Part shown: positions 1 through 14,000 of the stretch, piece after piece
Layout: every line of letters begins with the position of its first letter
Position numbering within the stretch: position 1 is the stretch's first letter
Assembly (NCBI GenBank): GCA_016748015.1
Contig: JAAOMT010000429.1
Span: forward strand, 62,001 to 126,000
Reading direction: 5' to 3'
Origin: Geosiphon pyriformis uo1
Lineage: Eukaryota; Fungi; Glomeromycota
Length of the DNA: 64,000 bases
Translations under genes and position numbers: made by a program
Notes under the pieces: model-generated
Seen by the model: the letters and a program-made list of their open reading frames with translations, nothing else
Told to the model about the DNA's origin: nothing
Database searches by the model: none

Positions 1-550
1 GTGCTTAATCCTTAATCAATTTAGTAAAACCAAAGAAATAACAAAGAAATAAAAAAAAATAAAAGAAAATAAAGAACAAGTAAAAGCAATTGCAAATTAG
101 TATCTCATCAATAGCTATGATCAAGAGCTATTGTTCTAGTATAATTAAGTATCACTTACTATCAACATGAAGTGTTGATAGTAAAGAGTGGATTTGAAAT
201 AAAGAATAATTATTTATTAATATTTGTGAATTGGAAGGTTGCTTAAATGAAATTTAAACTAAAAGGTCTTTAGCTAAAAAATTCTGTTCCTTTCTGTTTC
301 TAATACTACTGTTATATATACATAATTGAGATTCCTCAATTTCTCAATTTTTTACATCTGGAATCCTGCAATTTTTTTTGAGAAAAATCCTGGGATTCTG
401 GAATTCTGTGATTCTTTTATACAAGAATCCTGAAATTCCTGGAATCCTGCAATTCTTTTTGAGAAAAATCCTGGAATTTTACATTTACTATGGCTACTTC
501 TAATTGGCTAATTTATATGCTAATATACTTCTTATATTTTATGAGTAATA
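1..550 (-). repeat. 3' LTR of E1 (partial)
   Basis: Near-identical to ~9195-9765; terminus reads GAGTAATA versus GAGTAACA in the 5' LTR. Confidence 0.93.
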
Positions 551-562
551 TTATTCTCTTTT

Positions 563-1231
563 TTAATATTAAGCTTCATCGAGATCTCCCAAATCTCTTA
601 ACTCTAATTTTCTGTCATTGAGTATTTCTTGAACTTCTTTTTCGAGAATTGCTTGAGTTATTTTGTTCTGTAATTCTTCAAATTAGGTGTTAGTTATTTT
701 TTCTATTTGGTTAACTGTAATGGAGTTCATCTCTGGATTAAGTAAAATTTCTGGTTTGTCTTGAAATTCAGTATGCAATCAATAGATAACTCTTGCTTGT
801 GTTGTTAGATTGTTTTTTCTCACAAATTGTTCCAGTTGTTACAGTATGGTTGTGTCGAATAATCATTTTGTTTTATCTGTGTATAAGTTTTAAATATTCA
901 AGTGTCGTCCCAAGTGAAAATAACAAAAGTTCTTTGGAAATTTGTGTATCCACCATTTCCAAGTTTTTTTAGTCAACTCTTGATATACATTGATACTTAT
1001 TGGTTTTTCTATTGCTAATTTTATTTTCAACACCATTTTGTTGATAGTGTTTTCTGTTTTCTTTTAACTTTTGTATTTGGGTCTCTTTTTAGTATCTCGG
1101 TATCAAATGGTTTGTTGATTAATAGTAATTTCCATATTCTGTTGTTAAATCAGTTGGAAAAGTTGTTGTGCTAGTGAGTAAATGTTGTCAGTGATTTCCA
1201 TTTTTCTAAAGTTTTTTGTCACATCTGTCAT
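563..1231 (-). pseudogene. ORF3 (extra 3' ORF) of E1
   Basis: Minus strand ATG at 1231: MTDVTKNFRKMEITDNIYSLAQQLFQL...WKWWIHKFPKNFCYFHLG...; ends at TAA abutting the PPT; homologous to ORF3 of E2/E3. Confidence 0.8.
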
Positions 1232-1261
1232 GTTTTTATATACCTTTTTTATTGTTTAATT

Positions 1262-4200
1262 TTATGTGTTTGGTCCAATGATTATGATTGGTTCCAGATC
1301 TCATAAAATCTCATCTGGTTGAACTAGTATTCTTTGTACTCTCAATTGTGAAATGTTATTGGTAGATGGTGACACTATATAGTGATATGATTTTAGTCAA
1401 TCACTATGTGCTGCTTTGGCTAAGATTTTGTTGTCTCATCTTAATTTATAAGCTTCATTTCCAAGAATTTTTTTAATGTAAAATGGTCCATTCCATTTGG
1501 GGTCAAATTTTCCACTCCATTGTTTTTCTACTTTAGTATGATATAGAAGTACTTTGTCTCTAATTCTGAATTCAACTGGTTTATCTGATAGTTGGTTATT
1601 ATGTTTTTCTTTTTGTTTTTTTTGTGACTTGTGTATATTATCAGCTGCTTTTCACCATTTGTTTTTTAGTGTTTCCATCAAGTCATATGTTCTTCTTAGC
1701 AATGTTTCCTGCAAATTGTTCTCAGTTATTGGTTCTGTTGGATAAGTGTTAACTTCTATTTCTACTGGTAATGTTGCTGTTCTATCATATACTAATTCAA
1801 ATAGTATTGCTTGTGTAGTGTCTTGCTTCATTGTCTGATAAGTAAACAATACTGATAATATAAACAAATCTAATTTGTCCTGGTTTTTTTGACTGATTTT
1901 GGCAATTGTTTCACACAATATTCTGTTAAAAACTTTCAACTAACCCATTTGTTTGTGGATGGTATGATAATGATAATGGTCTTTTTATTTCAAATCTTTG
2001 GCTTAATTCTGTTAATGTTCTATTTACAAAGTGAGTTTCTTAATCAGATAATAATTTTTTTGGACATCCATGTCGACAAATCAGATTTTGATGAACAAAT
2101 TTGGCCATGGATTCTGCATCTGCTCTTTGAATGGCTTTTGCTTCTGGCCATTTAGTGAGATAGTTCATGGCTACTGCAATATACTTGTTGCCTCTGCTGG
2201 TGATTGTTAATAGTCTGACTAAGTTAATTCCAATGTAATTAAATAGTTGTTCTACTTTGATTGGTCTTAATGGTTCACTGGGTTTTGTTCTTTTTCTTCT
2301 CTAACAAGCATCATAATTTTGAACATATTAGATGATGTTTGGATATATTAATGGCCAATAATATTTTTTCCTAGTTTTTTCTATGGTTGCTTTATTATGA
2401 AAATGTTCTGCTATTGGATCCGAGTGCATGTTGAACAATATTGTTTCTTTTTCTGGTTCTGTAATTACTTTTGTTGGCTGGTCTGGATTTTTTCTGTTTT
2501 TCTAATAAAGTATATTTTGATGATTAATAAAATATTTTGATTGTTGTTTTATGTTGTTTTGTTTCTTTTAAGATAATTTCTTCTTGAACAATTGGGTATT
2601 TATATAATGTTGGAGTTGTTAGTATTTTTGTATATTCATTTTTTGTTCTATTTTTGGGTTTAAAATGTTTTTAGATTTGTTTTATTCATAATAAACTGTC
2701 GGCATTTCTATTGTCTTTTCCTTTTTTGTAATGTACTGTATAATTGAATGATAAAAGTTTTATTTTCTATCTGGCATAGCAGTCATCTCCAAATTCTTGT
2801 TTCTGAATTGAAGTTAATCTCTTATAATCAGTGTATATCTCAAACTTTTGGCTCAAGTATTTTTTTCATTTAATGACAGCCCAATAAATAGTTAAGTGTT
2901 CTAGTGCTGGAGTTCCATAGTTCTTTTCAGCTGAACTTAAGCTTCTACTGGCATAAGCTACTGGATGCTCTCTTTTATTTGGTCTTCTCTGCGATAATAC
3001 TGCTCTCAATGCTTGATCTGATGCATCGGTGGTAATAATGAATGACTTGCTATGATCTAGATAAATTAGTACTGAAGCCTGAATAAGCTTTTTTTTTAAT
3101 GTATCAAAAGCTTCTTGCTGGGGTTTTGTCTATTCATATTTGGTGTTTTTTGTTTGGAGCTGATGTAGTGGTTGAGCTATTTTGGAAAAGTTTTTGATAA
3201 AGTGGCAGTAGTATCCAGCAAATCCCAAGAATGCTCTCAATTCTGTGAGATTATTTGGTATTAAAAAGTTCTTAACAATCTCAATCTTGTTTGGATCTGT
3301 TTTAATTCTATCTTTGCTTACCACATGTCCCAAAAACTTGAATTCAGTTTTTCCAAAGAAACATTTGGTTGTATTTAGCTTTAATTTGGCACTTTTTAAT
3401 CTTTCAAATACTTGTTAGAAATGATACAGATGATCATTGAATGTTTTTGAGAACACATTAATGTTATCTAAGTATATAACTACAGATTTCTACAGTAATC
3501 CAGTATAGACAATTTTCATGAGCCATTGGAATGTTGTTGGAGTGTTCATTAGACCAAATGGCATTACTTCAAATTCAAAATTTTTTTCTTGAGTTGTAAA
3601 AGCCATTTTTTTTTTGTCTTCCAGTTTTATGGCTACTTGCCAGTAACCACTGTCTAAGTCTAATGTTGAAAACCATTTCTTTTCTCCAAAAGCATTGAAA
3701 AGTTTTTGTATCTTTGAAGTTGGGTAGCTGTCTCTTTTTGTTACTCTATTCAGTTTCCAATAATCTATACAAAAGTGGATTTTTCCATTTTTCTTATGGA
3801 CTAGTACCACTGGTGATGACCATAGACTCATTAATAGTTGAATTAATTCATTGTCAAGCATTCAATTAATTTCTTGACAAATGATCTTATGGCTAGCTGG
3901 TGGTACTTTATATGCTCTCTGTTTAATTGACATTACATTACCAGTCTTGATTTGATGTTAAATGATATCAGTTCTGCTAAATTTGTTTTTGCTGGCAAAA
4001 ATGTCATTGAAATTGTTGAGTAATATCTAAAGTTGCATCCATTGAAGTGGGTCTAAGTTTCCCAAATTCATCTGTTCTAATTGTTTTGGTTGGAGCAGAT
4101 AATATTTGCTTTGTCTATAAATGGTTTGTAATGTAATATCCACATATCTACAAAGCTGTGAAAAATTTGGAATGTAGTTTGGTGGTTGATCCTCAACTTC

Positions 4201-7200
4201 AGTGGTTAAGTATCTGATAATAGTTCCTTTTGGTATCTCAATGACATTTCTGGTTGTGTTATAAATAGAAATTTTGATGTTTTTGGGGCTTTTGGCTGAT
4301 ATGTAAAGATTAGTGAGTCCAATCTCTCCTGATTCACAAATAGTGGCTTCTGCTTCAAACAACTGGACTTGATCTTTCACTTTTTTTTTTATAGCTAACA
4401 TATACTGATCATATGGTAAAATGGAAATTGGTTGATGGGTGAAGATAATTTCTCTCTTGTCAATAATTTCTTCTTCTGCCATATTAATTGGTACATCTAT
4501 TCTATTTATTGATCTAAATTCTTGTATTCCTCTTGCTGTTATTCTTAATTCTTTTCTGTTTTCCACTGATACTAATTGAGCTACTTTCACCAGAAGTAGG
4601 AATATTGCCTGTGCTATCTTTTCATTTGGATCTATAATATAGGTCTTTTCTGAATCATTTTGTAGCATTGCAATGATATTTCCTACATATCATGTGTCAA
4701 TTATTCTCCTTCTGATGTTGATTCTCTTTTTCGCTAAACTACTTCTAGATGCTAGTTGAACTATTGTTGTTGTTGGAATTTTTAGTGCTACTTTGAGATC
4801 AATGTATGTGTGCAAATATGGTTTCAATTTAATAGTATCTTTTTCTGAATATTTTAGATCAAATCCTGCATCCGTATCATGCACATGTTCTGGCATAATA
4901 CCTTCATTATTGTTGCTAAACCATTTTAGTTCTTGCTCCTTAGTGAAGTCTGAGAGCACAATATATTGTTCAGAGTTTGGATTGGAGTTTAAATCTGAGT
5001 TAAAATTGTTGCTATTTTGAGTAGAGCTGGAACCGTTATTTTTATTGTCATTATTGTCAAAGTTTGAATTGAAATTGAAAATTGATTCTGATTTTGATGT
5101 GCAGTTGTTAATTGGTTTCTTCTCTTCTAAGATCGTGTAGATCATGTGGATTGGTGGATTGTAAATGAGATCACACTTATTACAATATTAAAAGTCATAT
5201 AGAATTAAACAATAGTCACATAGTCTTGTGTTTATTTCTTCCAATTGTTGCTTTTGTTTCTCTCTAGTGGGTGCTAATTCCTGGTAGTGTTTATAGAATT
5301 GCTCTGGATCCAAAAGGTTTATGACTGGTTCTGGGTTCCAGTCAAGTTCTATGGGTTCTGATAAGTTGTTTTTGATTGTTCTTATTTCTTCTGGTAATGC
5401 TCTTTCAATTTTGGCAAAAGCCATTTACCAGATTTTGTCATCATTGTGTGGACAACCATTCAAGCATTTGACTGCTTGTTTTCAGACAGCATCTATGGGC
5501 ATTCGTTTTCTTACCCAGTCACTTATAAGAATCATGTACTGGCATAAAGTGTCACATGTTCTTTCTTGGCCAAGAATATTGTTCTACATGCCTTTGTCAT
5601 GTAAGGTTTCTCCACAAGCTAGACAAAATTTATTGTCCCATTTTTTTTGCCATTTTGGATGTTCAAAGCATTCTATGATGCACTCACAGCAGTAGAATTT
5701 GGTTGCTGTTAAGTATTCCTCATCATCACCATAGCATGCACCCATTGACAACAATTTCTTGCTGCAATTGATGCATATGAGTTTTGGCTGACAATAAGTG
5801 GATCGTTGTAGTATAGTATAAGTGTAGTGATTATAAGTGGTAGTTGGTGTTGGATCTTTTTCCTTCTTTTTCACTTTTTCCTTATTGTTAGCTTCTTTTT
5901 ATTCCCATGTTATTATTTTGTCTTGATCATTGTCGGTTTTCCAGGTTTGGTTGGCATTTCAGGTAAGTTTTTCTTTTTTTTCTTTTTTATTGTTGTCCCA
6001 AAAGAGTATCAGTGGTAGCTTGTTATGGTCTTTGTTGGCCCAGAACATTTGATAGACTTCCCAGATAGGTTTTTTTTTTTTCCTCGAATTTGATAAGTAG
6101 GGCTGATGGTGTGGTGATAGGTTTGAAGTGTTCACATGTGGCAGGTACTTACGTGTATTGGCCATTTTGGCTAAGTTGGAGCTCCTACATTGTCCAGACA
6201 AGTATGGCATTGGTTTTAGATAACCAGTCATTTCCTACCAATGCCTGATATTAAGTTGCTTCTATTACTAAGACTTTGATGGGAATAATGATGTTATTGA
6301 CTTCAAAAGAGAAGTTATCAATTTCACCAATAGGGGTTTTGGTTGTCCTATTAGTGGTAATTATGCAAGCACTGACAGCACAATCAACTTGGCAACCTAA
6401 TTGATTCATGAGTTGTTGTGTAATGATGCTGCCAGCTGATCTGTTGTTTAGTATCAGTTTAATGGCGTGACCATCAATTTTCACGTTAGTGTACATGACA
6501 GTAATCAGTTTGGTATCAAGAGTGGCTTCACTGAATAATAGAACTGGTGTGGTTTCCTCAAATTCAAATGGAAAAATTGCGGCTAGTGATTTGTTATTGG
6601 TTATAGTGGCTAGAGGTATATTGTTGGTAAGTGGTTTGTATTAGTTGAGTTCTTGGTTGTTGGGTGAGATGTTTTTTGGGGTAACCAGGAGACTTAAATA
6701 GTGTTGGGCATTTGGGTTTTGGGAGTTCCCAGTGCCTAAATTTCATTGTCGAGATTCTGATAGTTGTGCCATGGAACTGGAGATTGGTTGATGGACCACC
6801 ATCAACAATTTTCAGCTTTGCTGTGTCAGTTTCAGCCTTTGGGTTCTGTTTTGAGGTAAGTTCTGCAATGGTGTTTGAATTTGTTGGGGCTGATAAATTA
6901 CCTGAGACTGTGGCTAATAAATGGGTTGGGGCTGCAGGTGATAAATGATGGGTGCTATTGGCTAATAAATTGGTGGTTGATAAATTTGCAGCTGTATCAT
7001 AGGTATGTAATTTGGGTGATATATTTCTGTATTTGATTGATAACTCAGAGTTAAAAACCTGTGATCAGGGTTTTGATATTGATTTCCCAATCATTAGTTT
7101 TCTATTCTTAACTAACAATCAACTCTCAAATGTTCTTGTTTACCACAATAATGGCAGATACACGTCTCTTGCTGCCATGACTGATTGGGTGGTGATAAGA

Positions 7201-8875
7201 GATGTAACTGATTTTGTGGATGATTTGCAGTTTCTAAATTATTACATTGTTGGGGTGGTTGATAAATTGTGCAATTGTCAGCTAAGTACCCTTCAAGCTT
7301 CTGGTTAATGGAATCACTGAATTGTTTCAATTTGGAATTCAATTCAGATAATCCATTCATTACTAAATTTATGGCTTGAGCATGGTTAGCTTTGAGTTCA
7401 GCTGTTTTAAAATCTCTGGCATTTGTAACTGCAGCTTGAAAATTTGTTAGATGCATTGAACATATGCATTAGAGGATGCTACTGTGCAGGCCTTGGATGA
7501 ATTGATTTAAAATTTGTGGTGCTGTGAAATAATCAGCTTAGATTGCTTGTATTTGGTGCAGATTTCTATGAAAGCATCCTAAGTATGTAGTAACTGCTTC
7601 ATTTTCTCCTTGCTTAATGGTAGTGAAACTGTTTGCCAATTGGTTAATGCTATTATTATTACTAAAATATTGTAGGAATACAAGCTTGAATACATTGAAA
7701 TCTTGGGGTTTGTTGGCTAGACTTTAATATTATGAGTTGGCAGTATCCTGGAGAAAATATGGAATGGCTTGGAGAGCTTTCGTATCATTCTATTCATTAG
7801 TCGTGATGGTCTTTTCAACATTGTTGAGCCATATTTGGGCTTATTTTCTTTACTGGTGAATTTCTCAAGTTTTGCTATTGGAGTGTAGGCCATTAGATCT
7901 AAGTTCAGTTGTTGTTGTTGTGGTTGTTGCAACGGCTGTTGAAGTTGTTAAAGTAGTGGTTAAATAGGTTGCTGCAGTGGAATTGGTTCTAGTATTGGTA
8001 CAATTGGTGGCTGATTAATAACAATTACTGGAGATAAGTTTCCCTGATTAATTGCTTTGGTGTTTGGATTGTTTTGAATTTGTTGAGTTTTAATGTTTGA
8101 AGTTTCAACTTCCAGATTTTCTAAGATTGGGTTCTGGTAAGTAAATTCTTGATTTTCAGCTTCTTTTTTTTCTCTTTCTTCTGATTCCATTATCTCCCAA
8201 GGGCTTGCATTTCCGAAATCTGATTGGGGTGGCAGTAATCAGAATCCTGATGGTGTTGAGGATTATAATTTAAATTTTTTAAAGTAGTCACCATAAATTT
8301 CTAGTAACTCTGCTTTTTTTTGTTTACTTTAAAATGGGAGTTGGCCAAATGTTGATGTCGCGTGTGATGTAGATGTACCTATTGATGAAATGTTAATGGC
8401 GCTTCCTGGAGTGTAATAATATGATGGATTTGTTGGTAATTTAACTCTGGTTTTCTTTCAAGTAAATGGTTGTATTTGTTTTGGTGTCACTGCTGGTGTT
8501 TGCAATTTTTTTTTGTCTTTGTCTGCATAAGTGATTGAGAATTGTTGTTGTGTATACTTCTCAATAGTTTGATTGATTTCTCTAATGATTGGTGTGAAAC
8601 TGTAGTTTCTTGGTAAGCTAGTATATTAAAATAATTCTGTATAGAAATTTTCCCTTGCAGATTTAATGTTAACTGTTCCTCCTAAACAGTCTGTGATTTT
8701 ATCATTGACGTAAAAGTTGAAGACTAATTCTGCTGAAAAATGGTTATTGTTTAATCTTAATTGTTGGCTGTATTATTGGAACAAGAATTTGGCGAATCCT
8801 AAGTGGTTTGCTTTTATAATTTCTGATTCTGCCACCTTTGGATAATTGTTGTTAGTGCTGTTCTCTGTAAAATTA
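1262..8875 (-). pseudogene. gag-pol polyprotein of E1 (gag, CCHC, protease, Cys-rich domain, dUTPase, RT, RNase H, integrase), many stops
   Basis: ORF fragments: CHYCGKQEHLRVDC (7112-7456), KLILNNRSAGSII (6251-6496), HDTDAGFDLKY..SRSSLAKK (4690-5145), WSSPVVLV..LDLDSGYWQV..MPFGL (3490-3861), LRAFLGFAGYY (3130-3333), integrase core (1652-1939). Confidence 0.93.
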
Positions 8876-8877
8876 TA

Positions 8878-8894
8878 CCTCACAGAGAGCACCA
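8878..8894 (-). other. Primer-binding site of E1
   Basis: Minus strand TGGTGCTCTCTGTGAGG, 2 nt inside the 5' LTR end; TGG start complements tRNA CCA; same as E3 PBS but for one C/T. Confidence 0.85.
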
Positions 8895-8896
8895 AA

Positions 8897-9765
8897 TGTT
8901 ACAGGTAATTATTTGGAGTCTCAAATCAAATAACAAACCTGTAACTTGGTGCTTGGTTAATATGTGGGGTTAATATCTGAAGGTGTGTTTTCTGAAAGTT
9001 TTGGTGTGAAGTCTTTTGTATAATAGACAGAAAGTTAATTGATGGTTTTATCCATAGCTTCTTAAAACTGCAGTTTTGTCAAATTTCTTTCTCAATGTGA
9101 TGGCCAGTAATCTTTCTTGTAAGCTATTCTCAATTCTATGCATGTTCTACTCTTGTTTCACAGGTCTTTTACCAGTCCCTATGATGTCTGTATTTCAGCA
9201 TTTTAATTTTTTAATCAATTAGTAAATAACAACAAAAGAAAAGAAATAAAAATAAAAGAAAATAAAATAAAAAACAAGTAAAAGCAATTGCAAGTTAGTA
9301 TCCCGTCAATAGCCATGATTAAGAGCTATTGTTCCAGTATAGTTAAGTATTACTTACTATTAACATGAAGTGTTGATAGTAAAGAGTGGATTTGAAATAA
9401 AGAATAATTATTTATTAATATTTGTGAATTGAAAGGTTGCTTAAATGAAATTTAAACTAAGAGATCTCTAGCTAAAAAATTTTGTCTCTTTCTGCTTCTA
9501 ATACTACTGTTATATATACATAATTGAAATTCTTCAATTCCTCAATTCTTCACACCAAAAATTCTGGAATTCCTGGAATTTTGCAATTTTTTTTGAGAGA
9601 AATCCTGGGATTCTGGAATTCTGTGATTTCTTTGTACAAGAATCCTGAAATTCCTGAAATCCTGCAATTTCTTTTAAGAGGAATCCTGGAATTTTACATT
9701 TACTATGACTACTTCTAATTGGCTAATTTATATGTTAATATACTTCTTATATTTTATGAGTAACA
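8897..9765 (-). repeat. 5' LTR of E1 (869 bp)
   Basis: TG...CA termini with TGTTAC/GTAACA inverted ends; homologous to LTRs at 15849, 20333 and 29629. Confidence 0.95.
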
Positions 9766-10058
9766 TTGCCCATGTCTTGTAGAACACTTTGGAAGACCAA
9801 AACAAGTTGGAAAATGGGATAATGAGTCATGCTTGGCTTGTGGAGAAACTCTCTTCAATAAAGAAATGTGAAACAACATTTCTGAGAGAGGAGGAACATG
9901 CAATGAATTGTGTTAGTACACAATTCTCATAAGTGATTGGGTGAAAAAAAAAATGTCCATAAATGTTGTCTGGAGACAAGCAGTCAAACGCTTAGACAAA
10001 TGTCTACATGATAATAACAAAATTTGGCAAATGGCTCTCACCAAAATCAAAGAAGCAT

Positions 10059-11004
10059 TGTTATGGATAAACTTAGTGGGGTATGGTGGTAATGTTTGGT
10101 GCTCTAATTTTTTGTCTTTCAAGGTCATCTGTTCTTTTTGCAATGTCAGTATTATTAGTCTTTGAAAATCTATTTCTAGATATGAATTCTTTGATTATAA
10201 AACACAAAGTTTGTCTTCTGTCAATTGCAACATTTTCTATAGTTGTTAGGGTCCAGCATTGTCTTTTCGCCCTTCTGGTAAGCTACTAAGATAATGTTAA
10301 TATCCAAAACTTAGGGGGAGCTTTTCTCTTTTACTAGGCTATCACAAAGTCTATTCCAAGACAGTCAATTTTTCTATGTTGTTGCTCCAAAAAAAAAAAA
10401 TAATAATAATAATAAAAGAAAAAAAAAAAAAAAAAAAAATTAGTTCCTGTCAATTGCCATGATCAAGAGTAATTGGTCCAAATTGTTAAAGATTCAAGGC
10501 ATTTATGCTAATAGCATCTGTTCAAGAACAAAGATAGGAAATATTGATTTTAATTTCAATTAAAATCTATAAGATTAAAGAACATGAATTGGTAAATTGG
10601 ATTTTGTGTTTTTGATAATTATTGTATTTCAGATTATAGATATCTGATAAGTAGAATACAAAGTAAAATTGATTTCTAACTAACTGCTTAACTAACTTTT
10701 TAACTTTTACAACTACTTGCTTTTATACATTCTTTTGGTTTTACAAAATTGCTTTTAATTGCTTTATTATTGCTAGTTATTACTTATTATTGCTAGTTAT
10801 TGCTTGTTATTGCTAGCTATTGCTTATTATTGTTAGCTATTGCTTGTTATTGCTAGCTATTATTCACATTTGTTAGCTATTGCTCATTATTGCTAGCTAT
10901 TGCTCATGTTTATCCTGTATTATCTCAAGTTGTACTGTGTTTTTCTTGTTACATTTCTTTGTTATCTTTTTCCATAGCTTTTTGGTTTTTCTACTTGGGT
11001 AACA
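10059..11004 (-). repeat. Solo LTR, family B (946 bp), inserted in E2
   Basis: TGTTA...TAACA termini; interrupts E2 peptide KIKEA|SPKEIK; flanks GCAT/GTGT (inferred TSD GCGT). Homologous to 43381-44211, where an adjacent PPT-like tract sets the orientation. Confidence 0.85.
10768..10905. repeat. Tandem ~19-nt repeats (TTATTGCTAGCTATTGCTT-like) inside the family B LTR
   Basis: About 6-7 degenerate copies visible directly. Confidence 0.85.
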
Positions 11005-14000
11005 GTGTCACCAAAAGAAATAAAAATAATAAAAAACAACTCACCAAAACCTATAGAACTTGATTGAGACCCAGAACCAGTTATAAATCTACTGAATTCA
11101 GAACAATTCCACAAATACTATCAGGAATTAGCACTCACTAGGGAAGAACAAGAGCAACAGTTGGAAGAAATAAATACCAGACTATGTGACCACTGTTTAA
11201 TCTCATGTAACTTTTAGTATTGTAATGAGTGTGATCTCATTTACAATCCACCACCATGTATGATTTACATGATTCTGAAAGAGAAAGAACCAATTAACAG
11301 CTGCGCATCAGAATTGGAATCATCTTTCAATTCTGATTCAAACTCTGACAATGATGATGACAAAAATAATGGTTCCAGCTCCATCCAAAATGGCAATAAA
11401 AATTATAATGATTCAAACTCCAATTCAAATCCCAAAACATACATTGTACTCCTTAATCTTACCAAAGAGCAAGAACTGAAATGGTTTAGCAATAATAATG
11501 AAGGTATTATGTCAAAATGTGTGCATAATACCAATGCAAGATTTGATCTGAAATATCCCAGAAAAAATGCCATCAAATTGGAACCATATTTGCACATCTG
11601 CATTGATCTCAAAATAGCACTGAAAATTCTAGCAACAACAATAATTCAACTAGCATCTAGAAGTAATTTAGCAAAAAAGAGAATCAACATCAGAAGAGGA
11701 ATAATTGATGCAGAATATATAGGAAATATCATTACTATGCTACAAAATAGCTCAGAAAAAGCATATATTATAGATCCAAATGAAAAAATAACACAGGCAA
11801 TATTCCTACCTCTGGTGAAAATAGCTTAGCTAGTGCCAATAGAAAATAGAAAAAAATTAAGAATTACAGCAAAATAAATACAGGGATTTGGATTAACAGA
11901 TAGAATAGATGTACTGATTAATATAGTGGAGGAAAAATTTATTGACAAGAAAGAAATTATCTCCATCTGTCAACCAATTTTTATTCCACCATACGACTAG
12001 TACATGATAGTTATAGAGAGAAGAGTAAAAGATCAAGTCCAGATTTTTGAGGCAGAAGCAACACTTTATGAATCAGAAGAGATTGGATTAGTCAATTTAC
12101 ACATACCAGCCAAAAACCACAGTCATATCAAAATTCTCATTTACAACAACACAGAAAACATCATTAAAATACTAAAAGGAACTACCATTGGATATTTAAT
12201 TATCAAAATTGAAAACCAACTGCCAGACACTATTCCAGACTTTCTACAACTTTGTAGATATATGGATATTATATCACAAACAATATATGAACAAAATGAA
12301 TGTTATTTGCTCCAACCAGAACAATTGGAACAAATGAACATGAGAAACTTAGATTCACTACAACATATGCAGCTTAGGATATTAATCAACAATTTCAATA
12401 ATATCTTTGCCAGTGAAAATGAATTTGGCAGAACTGACATCATCCAACATCAAATCAAGACTGGAGATACAATGTCAATCAAACAAAGAGCATACAAAAT
12501 ACCACCAGCCAGCCATGAAATTATTCATTAAGAAATCAATTGGATGCTTAACAATAAACTAATTCAGCCATCAATGAGCCTATGGTCATTATCAGTGGTA
12601 TTAGTCTGCAAGAAGAATGAAAAAATCTACTTTTGTGTAGATTACTGAAAACTAAATGGAGTAACAAAAGAAGATAGCTACCCAACTCCAAAGATTCAAG
12701 AACTTTTTAATGCTTTTGAGGGAAAAAAATGGTTTTCAACATTAGACTTAGACAGTAATTATTGGCAAGTAGCAATAAAACTAGAAGATAAAGAGAAAAC
12801 CAAATTCACAACACAAAAAGAAAATTTTGAATTTGAAGTTATGCTATTTAGTTTAATGAATGCTTCAGCCACTTTTCAGTGACTTATAGAAATTGTTTAT
12901 ACAAGACTATTATGGAAATCAATAGTTATATACTTAAATGACACCAATGTGTTCTCAAAACATTTGATAATTATCTGCATCATTTCCAACAAGTATTTGA
13001 AAAACTCAGATGAGCAGGATTGAAACTAAATGCCAACAAATGCTTCTTTGAAAAAACAGAACTCAAGTTTTTGGGACGTATTGTAAGCAAAAACAGTATC
13101 AAAATGGATCCAGATAAGATTGCAATAGTAAAAAACTTTTTAGTACCAACCAACTTGACAAAACTAAGAGCATTCTTGGAATTTGTTGGATATTATCACC
13201 AGTTTATTAAGAACTTTTCTAAACTGGCCCAGCCATTTCATCAGTTACAAACTAAGAATATAAAGTATAAATAAACAGAAGCTCAACAAAAAGCATTCGA
13301 CACACTGAGAAGAAAGCTTATTCAAGCTTTAGTGTTGATGTATTCAGATTACAGCAAACCATTTATCATCACTACCAATACATCAGGCCCAGCATTGGGA
13401 GCAGTACTATTGCAAAAAGGACCAGATAGAAGAAACCATCTGGTAGCTTATGCCAGTAGAAGCTTAAATTCAGCTGAAAAAAACTATGAAACTCCAGCAT
13501 TAGAACACTTAGCTATTTATTGGACTGTTATTAAATGGAAAGAATACTTGAATCAAAAGTTTAATGTATACACTGATCACAAAGGATTGATTTCAATCCA
13601 GAAGCAAGAATTTGGAAACAATTGACATGTTAGATAGAAAATAGAACTTTCACCATTTAATTATATAATACATCACAAAAAAAAAAAAAAAATGGAAATG
13701 CTGACAGTCTGTCATGAATAAGACAAATCTAAAAACATTTCAACCCAAAAATATAACAAAAAATGAATATACAAAAATATCAACAACTCCAACATTATAT
13801 AAATACTCAATTGTTCAAGGAAAAATTATCTTAAAAAGAACAAAAAAACATAAAACAACAATCAAAATATTTTATCAATTACCAAAATATACTTTACCAG
13901 AAAAACAGAAAGAATCCAGATCAATTAACCAGAGTAATTACAGAACCAGAGAAAAAGACAATATTGTTTAACATGTATTCAGATTTAACAGCAGGACATT

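Larger units (their letters stand above)
1..9765 (-). mobile_element. Ty3/Gypsy LTR retrotransposon copy E1 (decayed; 3' LTR cut by window edge; inserted into E2)
   Basis: 5' LTR 8897-9765 (TGTTAC...GTAACA), PBS next to it, minus-strand gag/PR/dUTPase/RT/RNase H/IN fragments in the ORF track, PPT at ~551-565, second LTR at 1-550. Sequence resumes in E2 internal coding DNA at 9766. Confidence 0.95.

Noticed and set aside
9540-9695. CRISPR-like or satellite array of GGAATTCCTGGA repeats
   Set aside because: Short degenerate units without unique spacers, inside LTRs of a eukaryotic retrotransposon; no cas genes.
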